From positions 25,482,001 to 25,546,000 of the forward strand of contig NC_090370.1 of the NCBI RefSeq assembly GCF_035084215.1: a stretch of DNA of 64,000 bases. Direction: 5' to 3'. Below are positions 1 to 15,000 of this stretch, piece after piece; position 1 is the stretch's first letter, and each line of letters starts with the position of its first letter. The notes beneath the pieces are model-generated. The model was not told the origin of the DNA, did no database searches, and was given only the letters and a program-made list of their open reading frames with translations. The translations under genes were made by a program, and so were the position numbers. The DNA is from Heptranchias perlo. Its lineage: Eukaryota.

Positions 1-3000
1 TGACAGATACAGAATGAATCCCACACTCACATACATTTTCAGAGACTGACAGATACAGAATGAATTGCACACTCACACAGAGTATCAGAGACTGACAGAT
101 GCAGAATGAATCCCACACTCACATACAGTAGCAGAGACTGACAGATACAGAATGAATCCCACACTCACAAACAGTATCAGACACTGACAGATACAGAATT
201 AACCCCACACTCACACACAGTACCAGAGACTGTCAGATACAGAATGAATCCCACAATCCCACAGAGGATCAGAGACTGACAGACACAGAATGAATCCCAC
301 ACTCACATACAGTATCAGAGACTGACAGATACAGAATGAATCCCACACTCACATACAGTACCAGAGGCTGACAGATACAGAATGAATCCCACACTCACAT
401 ACAGTACCAGAGGCTGACAGATACATAATGAATCCCACAACCCCACAGAGTATCAGAGACTGACAGACACAGAATGAATCCCTCACTCACATACATTGTC
501 AGAGACTGACAGATGCAGAATGAATCCCACACTCGGACACAGAACCAGAGACTGACAGATGCAGAATGAATCCCACACTCACACACTGTATCAGAGACTG
601 ACAGATGCAGAATGAATCCCTCACTCACACACAGTACCAGAGACTGACAGATACAGAATGAATCCCACACTCACACACAGTATCAGAGACTGACAGATAC
701 AGAATGAATTGCACTCTCACACACAGTATCAGAGACTGACAGAAACAGAATGAATCCCACAGTCACACACAGTACCAGAGACTGACAGATGCAGAATGAA
801 TCCCACACTCACATTCAGTACCAGAGACTGACAGATACAGAAATAATCCCACACTCACAAACTGTATCAGAGACTGACAGATACAGAATGAATCCCACAC
901 TCACACACAGTAACAGAGACTGTCAGATGCAGAATGAATCCCACACTCACACACAGTATCAGAGACTGACAGATACAGTAAGAATCCCACACTCACACAC
1001 ATTATCTGAGACTGACAGATACAGAATGAATCCCACACTCACACACTGTATCAGAGACTGACAAATACAGAATGAATCCCACACTCACACACTGCATCAG
1101 AGACTGACAGATGCAGAATGAATCCCTCACTCACACACAGTACCAGAGACTGACAGATACAGAATGAGTCCCACACTCACATACAGTATCAGAGACTGAC
1201 AGATACAGAATAAATCCCACACTCACACACAGTACCAGAGACTGACAGATACAGAATGAATCCCACACTCACATACAGTATCAGAGACTGACAGATACAG
1301 AATGAATGCCACACTCACACACAGTATCAGAGACTGACAGATACAGTAAGAATCCCACACTCACACACAGTATCAGAGACTGACAGAAAAAGAAAGAATC
1401 CCACACTCACGCACAATACCAGAGACTAACAGATACTGAATGAATCCCACACTCACACACAGTACCAGAGACTGACAGATAGAGAATGAATCCCACACTC
1501 ACATGCAGTATCAGAGACTGACAGATGCAGAATGAATCCCACACTCACACACATTATCAGAGACTGACAGATACAGATTGAATCCCACACTCACACACAG
1601 TATCAGAGACTGACAGACACAGAATGAATCCCACACTCACATACAGTTACAGAGACTGACAGATACAGAATGAATCCCACACTCACACACAGTATCAGAC
1701 ACTGACAGAAACAGAATGAATCCCACACTCACACACAGTACCAGAGACTGACAGATACAGAATGAATCCCACACTCACACACAGGACCAGAGACTGACAG
1801 ATACAGAATGAATCCCACACTCACGAACAGTACCAGAGACTGACAGATACAGAATAGATCCCACACTCACATCCATTTTCAGAGACTGTCAGATACAGAA
1901 TGAATCCCACACTCCCACAGAGTATCAGAGACTGACAGACACAGAATGAATCCCACACTCACATACAGTATCAGAGACTGACAGATACAGAATGAATCCC
2001 ACACTCACATACAGTACCAGAGGCTGACAGATACAGAATGAATCCCACACTCACACACAGTATCAGAGACTGTCAGATGCAGAATGAATCCCACACTCAC
2101 ACACTGTACCTGAGACTGACAGATACAGAAATAATCCCACACTCACACACTGTATTAGAGACTGACAGATGCAGAATGAATCCCACACTCACACACAGTA
2201 ACAGAGACTGTCAGATGCAGAATGAATCCCACACTCACACACAGTATCAGAGACTGACAGATACAGTAAGAATCCCACACTCACACACAGTATCAGAGAC
2301 TGACAGATAAAGAAAGAATCCCACACTCACGCACAATACCAGAGACTAACAGATACTGAATGAATCCCACACTCACACACAGTACCAGAGACTGACAGAT
2401 ACAGATTGAATCCCACACTCACACACAGTATCAGAGACTGACAGATACAGAATGAATCCCACACTCACACACAGTATCAGAGACTGTCAGATGCAGAATG
2501 AATCCCACACTCACACACTGTACCTGAGACTGACAGATACAGAATGAATCCCTCACTCACATACATTGTCAGAGACTGACAGATACAGAATGAATCCCAC
2601 ACTCACACACAGTATCTGAGACTGACAGATACAGAATGAATCCCACACTCACACACTGTATCAGAGACTGACAGATGCAGAATGAATCCCTCACTCACAC
2701 ACAGTACCAGAGACTGACAGATACAGAATGAATCCCACACTCACACACAGTATCAGAGACTGACAGATACAGAATGAATTGCACTCTCACACACAGTATC
2801 AGAGACTGACAGAAACAGAATGAATCCCACAGTCACACACAGTACCAGAGACTGACAGATACAGAATGAATCCCACACTCACATACAGTACCAGAGACTG
2901 ACAGATACAGAAATAATCCCACACTCACACACTGTATTAGAGACTGACAGATGCAGAATGAATCCCACACTCACACACAGTACCAGAGACTGACAGATAC

Positions 3001-6000
3001 AGAATGAATCCCACACTCACACACAGTAACAGAGACTGTCAGATGCAGAATGAATCCCACACTCACACACAGTATCAGAGACTGACAGATACAGTAAGAA
3101 TCCCACACTCACACACAGTATCAGAGACTGACAGATAAAGAAAGAATCCCACACTCACGCACAATACCAGAGACTGACAGATATAGAATGAATCCCACAC
3201 TCACATGCAGTATCAGAGACTGACAGATGCAGAATGAATCCCACACTCACACACATTATCAGAGACTGACAGATACAGATTGAATCCCACACTCACACAC
3301 AGTATCAGAGACTGACAGACACAGAATGAATCCCACACTCACATACAGTTACAGAGACTGACAGATACAGAATGAATCCCACACTCACACACAGTATCAG
3401 ATACTGACAGATACAGAATGAATCCCACACTCACACACAGTACCAGAGACTGACAGATACAGAATGAATCCCACACTCACACACAGTACCAGAGACTGAC
3501 AGATACAGAATGAATCCCACACTCACATACAGTACCAGAGACTGACAGATACAGAATGAATCCCACACTCACACACTGTATCAGAGACTGACAGATGCAG
3601 AATGAATCCCTCACTCACACAAAGTACCAGAGACTGACAGATACAGAATGAGTCCCACACGCACATACAGTATCAGAGACTGACAGATACAGAATAAATC
3701 CCACACTCACACACAGTACCAGAGACTGACAGATACAGAATGAATCCCACACTCACATACAGTATCAGAGACTGACAGATACAGAATGAATCCCACACTC
3801 ACACACAGTATCAGAGACTGACAGATACAGTAAGAATCCCACACTCACACACAGTATCAGAGACTGACAGAAAAAGAAAGAATCCCACACTCACGCACAA
3901 TACCAGAGACTAACAGATACTGAATGAATCCCACACTCACACACAGTACCAGAGACTGACAGATATAGAATGAATCCCACACGCACGTACAGTACCAGAG
4001 ACTGACAGATACAGAAATAATCCCACACTCACACACTGTATCAGAGACTGACAGATGCAGAATGAATCCCACACTCACACACAGTACCAGAGACTAACAG
4101 ATACAGAATGAATCCCACACTCACACACAGTGACAGAGACTGTCAGATGCAGAATGAATCCCACAGCCAACAGAGTATCAGAGACTGACAGACACAGAAT
4201 GAATCCCACACTCACACACAGTACCAGAGACTGACAGATCCAGAATTAATCTCACACTCACATACAGTAACAGATACTGACAGATACAGAATGAATACCA
4301 CACTCACACACAGTACCAGAGACTGACAGATACAGAATGAATACCACACTCACGCACAGTACCAGAGACTGACAGATCTTGAATGAATCCCAAACTCTCA
4401 CACTGTGCCAGAGACTGACAGACACAGAATGAATTGCACACTCACGCACAGGATCAGAGACTGACAGGTACAGAATGAATCACACACTCACCTGCAGTAT
4501 CAGAGATTGCCACATACAGAATGAATCCCACATTCACACACAGTACCAGAGACTGACAGATACAGAATGAATCGCACACTCACATGCAGTATCTGAGATT
4601 GACAGATACAGAATGAGTCCCACACTCACATGCAGTATCTGAGATTGACAGATACAGAATGAGTCCCACACTCACATACAGTATCAGAGACTGACAGATA
4701 CTGAATGAATCCCACACTCACACACAGTACCAGAGACTGACAGACACAGAATGAATCCCACACTCACATGCAGTTACAGAGACTGACAGATACAGAATGA
4801 ATCCCACACTCACACACAGTATCAGATACTGACAGATACAGAATGAATCCCACACTCACACACAGTACCAGAGACTGACAGATACAGAATGAATCCCACA
4901 CTCACACACAGTACCAGAGACTGACAGATACAGAATGAATCCCACACTCACATACAGTACCAGAGACTGACAGATACAGAATGAATCCCACACTCACATA
5001 CATTTTCAGAGACTGACAGATACAGAATGAATTGCACACTCACACAGAGTATCAGAGACTGACAGATGCAGAATGAATCCCACACTCACATACAGTAGCA
5101 GAGACTGACAGATACAGAATGAATCCCACACTCACAAACAGTATCAGACACTGACAGATACAGAATTAACCCCACACTCACACACAGTACCAGAGACTGT
5201 CAGATACAGAATGAATCCCACAATCCCACAGAGGATCAGAGACTGACAGACACAGAATGAATCCCACACTCACATACAGTATCAGAGACTGACAGATACA
5301 GAATGAATCCCACACTCACATACAGTACCAGAGGCTGACAGATACAGAATGAATCCCACACTCACATACAGTACCAGAGGCTGACAGATACATAATGAAT
5401 CCCACAACCCCACAGAGTATCAGAGACTGACAGACACAGAATGAATCCCTCACTCACATACATTGTCAGAGACTGACAGATGCAGAATGAATCCCACACT
5501 CGGACACAGAACCAGAGACTGACAGATGCAGAATGAATCCCACACTCACACACTGTATCAGAGACTGACAGATGCAGAATGAATCCCTCACTCACACACA
5601 GTACCAGAGACTGACAGATACAGAATGAATCCCACACTCACACACAGTATCAGAGACTGACAGATACAGAATGAATTGCACTCTCACACACAGTATCAGA
5701 GACTGACAGAAACAGAATGAATCCCACAGTCACACACAGTACCAGAGACTGACAGATGCAGAATGAATCCCACACTCACATTCAGTACCAGAGACTGACA
5801 GATACAGAAATAATCCCACACTCACAAACTGTATCAGAGACTGACAGATACAGAATGAATCCCACACTCACACACAGTAACAGAGACTGTCAGATGCAGA
5901 ATGAATCCCACACTCACACACAGTATCAGAGACTGACAGATACAGTAAGAATCCCACACTCACACACATTATCTGAGACTGACAGATACAGAATGAATCC

Positions 6001-9000
6001 CACACTCACACACTGTATCAGAGACTGACAAATACAGAATGAATCCCACACTCACACACTGCATCAGAGACTGACAGATGCAGAATGAATCCCTCACTCA
6101 CACACAGTACCAGAGACTGACAGATACAGAATGAGTCCCACACTCACATACAGTATCAGAGACTGACAGATACAGAATAAATCCCACACTCACACACAGT
6201 ACCAGAGACTGACAGATACAGAATGAATCCCACACTCACATACAGTATCAGAGACTGACAGATACAGAATGAATGCCACACTCACACACAGTATCAGAGA
6301 CTGACAGATACAGTAAGAATCCCACACTCACACACAGTATCAGAGACTGACAGAAAAAGAAAGAATCCCACACTCACGCACAATACCAGAGACTAACAGA
6401 TACTGAATGAATCCCACACTCACACACAGTACCAGAGACTGACAGATAGAGAATGAATCCCACACTCACATGCAGTATCAGAGACTGACAGATGCAGAAT
6501 GAATCCCACACTCACACACATTATCAGAGACTGACAGATACAGATTGAATCCCACACTCACACACAGTATCAGAGACTGACAGACACAGAATGAATCCCA
6601 CACTCACATACAGTTACAGAGACTGACAGATACAGAATGAATCCCACACTCACACACAGTATCAGACACTGACAGAAACAGAATGAATCCCACACTCACA
6701 CACAGTACCAGAGACTGACAGATACAGAATGAATCCCACACTCACACACAGGACCAGAGACTGACAGATACAGAATGAATCCCACACTCACGAACAGTAC
6801 CAGAGACTGACAGATACAGAATAGATCCCACACTCACATCCATTTTCAGAGACTGTCAGATACAGAATGAATCCCACACTCCCACAGAGTATCAGAGACT
6901 GACAGACACAGAATGAATCCCACACTCACATACAGTATCAGAGACTGACAGATACAGAATGAATCCCACACTCACATACAGTACCAGAGGCTGACAGATA
7001 CAGAATGAATCCCACACTCACACACAGTATCAGAGACTGTCAGATGCAGAATGAATCCCACACTCACACACTGTACCTGAGACTGACAGATACAGAATGA
7101 ATCCCTCACTCACATACATTGTCAGAGACTGACAGATACAGAATGAATCCCACACTCATACACAGAACCAGAGACTGACAGATGCAGAATGAATCCCACA
7201 CTCAAACACATTATCTGAGACTGACAGATACAGAATGAATCCCACACTCACACACTGTATCAGAGACTGACAGATGCAGAATGAATCCCACACTCACACA
7301 CAGTACCAGAGACTGACAGATACAGAATGAATCCCACACTCACACACAGTATCAGAGACTGACAGATACAGAATGAATTGCACTCTCACACACAGTATCA
7401 GAGACTGACAGAAACAGAATGAATCCCACAGTCACACACAGTACCAGAGACTGACAGATACAGAATGAATCCCACACTCACATACAGTACCAGAGACTGA
7501 CAGATACAGAAATAATCCCACACTCACACACTGTATTAGAGACTGACAGATGCAGAATGAATCCCACACTCACACACAGTAACAGAGACTGTCAGATGCA
7601 GAATGAATCCCACACTCACACACAGTATCAGAGACTGACAGATACAGTAAGAATCCCACACTCACACACAGTATCAGAGACTGACAGATAAAGAAAGAAT
7701 CCCACACTCACGCACAATACCAGAGACTAACAGATACTGAATGAATCCCACACTCACACACAGTACCAGAGACTGACAGATACAGATTGAATCCCACACT
7801 CACACACAGTATCAGAGACTGACAGATACAGAATGAATCCCACACTCACACACAGTATCAGATACTGACAGATACAGAATGAATCCCACACTCACACACA
7901 GTACCAGAGACTGACAGATACAGAATGAATCCCACACTCACACACAGTACCAGAGACTGACAGATACAGAATGAATCCCACACTCACACACAGTATCAGA
8001 GACTGACAGATACAGTAAGAATCCCACACTCACACACAGTATCAGAGACTGACAGATAAAGAAAGAATCCCACACTCACGCACAATACCAGAGACTAACA
8101 GATACTGAATGAATCCCACACTCACATACAGTACCAGAGACTGACAGATACAGAATGAATCCCACACTCACATACATTTTCAGAGACTGACAGATACAGA
8201 ATGAATTGCACACTCACACAGAGTATCAGAGACTGACAGATGCAGAATGAATCCCACACTCACAAACAGTATCAGACACTGACAGATGCAGAATTAACCC
8301 CACACTCACACACAGTACCAGAGACTGTCAGATACAGAATGAATCCCACAATCCCACAGAGTATCAGAGACTGACAGACACAGAATGAATCCCACACTCA
8401 CATACAGTATCAGAGACTGACAGATACAGAATGAATCCCACACTCACATACAGTACCAGAGGCTGACAGATACAGAATGAATCCCACACTCACATACAGT
8501 ACCAGAGGCTGACAGATACATAATGAATCCCACAACCCCACAGAGTATCAGAGACTGACAGACACAGAATGAATCCCTCACTCACATACATTGTCAGAGA
8601 CTGACAGATGCAGAATGAATCCCACACTCGGACACAGAACCAGAGACTGACAGATGCAGAATGAATCCCACACTCACACACTGTATCAGAGACTGACAGA
8701 TGCAGAATGAATCCCTCACTCACACACAGTACCAGAGACTGACAGATACAGAATGAATCCCACACTCACACACAGTATCAGAGACTGACAGATACAGAAT
8801 GAATTGCACTCTCACACACAGTATCAGAGACTGACAGAAACAGAATGAATCCCACAGTCACACACAGTACCAGAGACTGACAGATACAGAATGAATCCCA
8901 CACTCACATTCAGTACCAGAGACTGACAGATACAGAAATAATCCCACACTCACAAACTGTATCAGAGACTGACAGATACAGAATGAATCCCACACTCACA

Positions 9001-12000
9001 CACAGTAACAGAGACTGTCAGATGCAGAATGAATCCCACACTCACACACAGTATCAGAGACTGACAGATACAGTAAGAATCCCACACTCACACACATTAT
9101 CTGAGACTGACAGATACAGAATGAATCCCACACTCACACACTGTATCAGAGACTGACAAATACAGAATGAATCCCACACTCACACACTGCATCAGAGACT
9201 GACAGATGCAGAATGAATCCCTCACTCACACACAGTACCAGAGACTGACAGATACAGAATGAGTCCCACACTCACATACAGTATCAGAGACTGACAGATA
9301 CAGAATAAATCCCACACTCACACACAGTACCAGAGACTGACAGATACAGAATGAATCCCACACTCACATACAGTATCAGAGACTGACAGATACAGAATGA
9401 ATGCCACACTCACACACAGTATCAGAGACTGACAGATACAGTAAGAATCCCACACTCACACACCGTATCAGAGACTGACAGAAAAAGAAAGAATCCCACA
9501 CTCACGCACAATACCAGAGACTAACAGATACTGAATGAATCCCACACTCACACACAGTACCAGAGACTGACAGATAGAGAATGAATCCCACACTCACATG
9601 CAGTATCAGAGACTGACAGATGCAGAATGAATCCCACACTCACACACATTATCAGAGACTGACAGATACAGATTGAATCCCACACTCACACACAGTATCA
9701 GAGACTGACAGACACAGAATGAATCCCACACTCACATACAGTTACAGAGACTGACAGATACAGAATGAATCCCACACTCACACACAGTATCAGACACTGA
9801 CAGAAACAGAATGAATCCCACACTCACACACAGTACCAGAGACTGACAGATACAGAATGAATCCCACACTCACACACAGGACCAGAGACTGACAGATACA
9901 GAATGAATCCCACACTCACGAACAGTACCAGAGACTGACAGATACAGAATGAATCCCACACTCACATCCATTTTCAGAGACTGTCAGATACAGAATGAAT
10001 CCCACACTCCCACAGAGTATCAGAGACTGACAGACACAGAATGAATCCCACACTCACATACAGTATCAGAGACTGACAGATACAGAATGAATCCCACACT
10101 CACATACAGTACCAGAGGCTGACAGATACAGAATGAATCCCACACTCACACACAGTATCAGAGACTGTCAGATGCAGAATGAATCCCACACTCACACACT
10201 GTACCTGAGACTGACAGATACAGAATGAATCCCTCACTCACATACATTGTCAGAGACTGACAGATACAGAATGAATCCCACACTCATACACAGAACCAGA
10301 GACTGACAGATGCAGAATGAATCCCACACTCAAACACATTATCTGAGACTGACAGATACAGAATGAATCCCACACTCACACACTGTATCAGAGACTGACA
10401 GATGCAGAATGAATCCCACACTCACACACAGTACCAGAGACTGACAGATACAGAATGAATCCCACACTCACACACAGTATCAGAGACTGACAGATACAGA
10501 ATAAATTGCACTCTCACACACAGTATCAGAGACTGACAGAAACAGAATGAATCCCACAGTCACACACAGTACCAGAGACTGACAGATACAGAATGAATCC
10601 CACACTCACATACAGTACCAGAGACTGACAGATACAGAAATAATCCCACACTCACACACTGTATTAGAGACTGACAGATGCAGAATGAATCCCACACTCA
10701 CACACAGTAACAGAGACTGTCAGATGCAGAATGAATCCCACACTCACACACAGTATCAGAGACTGACAGATAAAGAAAGAATCCCACACTCACGCACAAT
10801 ACCAGAGACTAACAGATACTGAATGAATCCCACACTCACACACAGTACCAGAGACTGACAGATATAGAATGAATCCCACACTCACATGCAGTATCAGAGA
10901 CTGACAGATGCAGAATGAATCCCACACTCACACACATTATCAGAGACTGACAGATACAGATTGAATCCCACACTCACACACAGTATCAGAGACTGACAGA
11001 CACAGAATGAATCCCACACTCACATACAGTTACAGAGACTGACAGATACAGAATGAATCCCACACTCACACACAGTATCAGATACTGACAGATACAGAAT
11101 GAATCCCACACTCACACACAGTACCAGAGACTGACAGATACAGAATGAATCCCACACTCACACACAGTACCAGAGACTGACAGATACAGAATGAATCCCA
11201 CACTCACACACAGTATCAGAGACTGACAGATACAGTAAGAATCCCACACTCACACACAGTATCAGAGACTGACAGATAAAGAAAGAATCCCACACTCACG
11301 CACAATACCAGAGACTAACAGATACTGAATGAATCCCACACTCACACACAGTACCAGAGACTGACAGATATAGAATGAATCCCACACTCACATGCAGTAT
11401 CAGAGACTGACAGATGCAGAATGAATCCCACACTCACACACAGTATCAGAGACTGACAGACACAGAATGAATCCCGCACTCACATACAGTTACAGAGACT
11501 GACAGATACAGAATGAATCCCACACTCACACACAGTATCAGATACTGACAGATACAGAATGAATCCCACACTCACACACAGTACCAGAGACTGACAGATA
11601 CAGAATGAATCCCACACTCACGCACAATACCAGAGACTAACAGATACTGAATGAATCCCACACTCACACACAGGACCAGAGACTGACAGATAGAGAATGA
11701 ATCCCACACTCACATGCAGTATCAGAGACTGACAGATGCAGAATGAATCCCACACTCACACACATTATCAGAGACTGACAGATACAGATTGAATCCCACA
11801 CTCACACACAGTATCAGAGACTGACAGACACAGAATGAATCCCACACTCACATACAGTTACAGAGACTGACAGATACAGAATGAATCCCACACTCACACA
11901 CAGTATCAGACACTGACAGATGCAGAATGAATCCCACACTCACACACAGTATCAGAGACTGACAGATACAGAATGAATCCCACACTCACACACAGTACCA

Positions 12001-15000
12001 GAGACTGACAGATACAGAATGAATCCCACACTCACAAACAGTAGCAGAGACTGACAGATACAGAATGAATCCCACAATCACATACAGTAGCAGAGACTGA
12101 CAGATACAGAATGAATCCCACACTCACAAACAGTATCAGACACTGACAGATACAGAATTAACCCCACACTCACACACAGTTCCAGAGACTGTCAGATACA
12201 GAATGAATCCCACACTCCCACAGAGTATCAGAGACTGACAGACACAGAATGAATCCCACACTCACATACAGTATCAGAGACTGACAGATACAGAATGAAT
12301 CCCACACTCACATACAGTACCAGAGGCTGACAGATACAGAATGAATCCCACACTCACACACAGTATCAGAGACTGTCAGATGCAGAATGAATCCCACACT
12401 CACACACTGTACCTGAGACTGACAGATACAGAATGAATCCCTCACTCACATACATTGTCAGAGACTGACAGATACAGAATGAATCCCACACTCATACACA
12501 GAACCAGAGACTGACAGATGCAGAATGAATCCCACACTCAAACACATTTTCTGAGACTGACAGATACAGAATGAATCCCACACTCACACACTGTATCAGA
12601 GACTGACAGATGCAGAATGAATCCCTCACTCACACACAGTACCAGAGACTGACAGATACAGAATGAATCCCACACTCACACACAGTATCAGAGACTGACA
12701 GATACAGAATGAATTGCACTCTCACACACAGTATCAGAGACTGACAGAAACAGAATGAATCCCACAGTCACACACAGTACCAGAGACTGACAGATACAGA
12801 ATGAATCCCACACTCACATACAGTACCAGAGACTGACAGATACAGAAATAATCCCACACTCACACACTGTATTAGAGACTGACAGATGCAGAATGAATCC
12901 CACACTCACACACAGTACCAGAGACTGACAGATACAGAATGAATCCCACACTCACACACAGTAACAGAGACTGTCAGATGCAGAATGAATCCCACACTCA
13001 CACACAGTATCAGAGACTGACAGATACAGTAAGAATCCCACACTCACACACAGTACCAGAGACTGACAGATACAGAATGAATCCCACACTCACAAACAGT
13101 AGCAGAGACTGACAGATACAGAATGAATCCCACACTCACACACAGTATCAGTGACTGACAGATAAAGAAAGAATCCCACACTCACGCACAATACCAGAGA
13201 CTGACAGATATCGAATGAATCCCACACTCACATGCAGTATCAGAGACTGACAGATGCAGAATGAATCCCACACTCACACACATTATCAGAGACTGACAGA
13301 TACAGATTGAATCCCACACTCACACACAGTATCAGAGACTGACAGACACAGAATGAATCCCACACTCACATACAGTTACAGAGACTGACAGATACAGAAT
13401 GAATCCCACACTCACACACAGTATCATATACTGACAGATACAGAATGAATCCCACACTCACACACAGTACCAGAGACTGACAGATACAGAATGAATCCCA
13501 CACTCACACACAGTACCAGAGACTGACAGATACAGAATGAATCCCACACTCACATACAGTACCAGAGACTGACAGATACAGAATGAATCCCACACTCACA
13601 TACATTTTCAGAGACTGACAGATACAGAATGAATTGCACACTCACACACTGTATCAGAGACTGACAGATGCAGAATGAATCCCTCACTCACACACAGTAC
13701 CAGAGACTGACAGATACAGAATGAGTCCCACACTCACATACAGTATCAGAGACTGACAGATACAGAATAAATCCCACACTCACACACAGTACCAGAGACT
13801 GACAGATACAGAATGAATCCCACACTCACATACAGTATCAGAGACTGACAGATACAGAATGAATCCCACACTCACACACAGTATCAGAGACTGACAGATA
13901 CAGTAAGAATCCCACACTCACACACAGTATCAGAGACTGACAGAAAAAGAAAGAATCCCACACTCACGCACAATACCAGAGACTAACAGAAACTGAATGA
14001 ATCCCACACTCACACACAGTACCAGAGACTGACAGATACAGAATGAATCCCACACTCACATGCAGTATCAGAGACTGACAGACACAGAATGAATCCCACT
14101 CTCACATACAGTTACAGAGACTGACAGATACAGAATGAATCCCACACTCACACACAGTATCAGACACTGACAGATACAGAATGAATCCCACACTCACACA
14201 CAGTACCAGAGACTGACAGATACAGAATGAATCCCACACTCACACACAGTACCAGAGACTGACAGATACAGAATGAATCCCACACTCACATACAGTACCA
14301 GAGACTGACAGATACAGAATGAATCCCACACTCACATACATTTTCAGAGACTGACAGATACAGAATGAATTGCACACTCACACAGAGTATCAGAGACTGA
14401 CAGATGCAGAATGAATCCCACACTCACACACAGTACCAGAGACTGACAGATGCAGAATGAATCCCACACTCACAAACAGTATCAGACACTGACAGATACA
14501 GAATTAACCCCACACTCACACACAGTACCGGAGACTGTCAGATACAGAATGAATCCCACACTCCCACAGAGTATCAGAGACTGACAGATACAGAATGAAT
14601 CCCACACTCACATACAGTACCAGAGGCTGACAGTTACAGAATAAATCCCACACTCACACACAGTAACAGAGACTGTCAGATGCAGATTGAATCCCACACT
14701 TACACACAGTATCAGAGACTGACAGACACAGAATGAATCCCACACTCACATACAGTTACAGAGACTGACAGATACAGAAATAATCCCACACTCACACACT
14801 GTATCAGAGACTGACAGATGCAGAATGAATCCCAAACTCACACACAGTACCAGAGACTGACAGATACAGAATGAATCCCACACTCACATGCAGTACCAGA
14901 GACTGACAGATACAAAATGAATCCCACACTCACATACAGTACCAGAGACTGACAGATACAGAAATAATCCCACACTCACACACTGTATCAGAGACTGACA

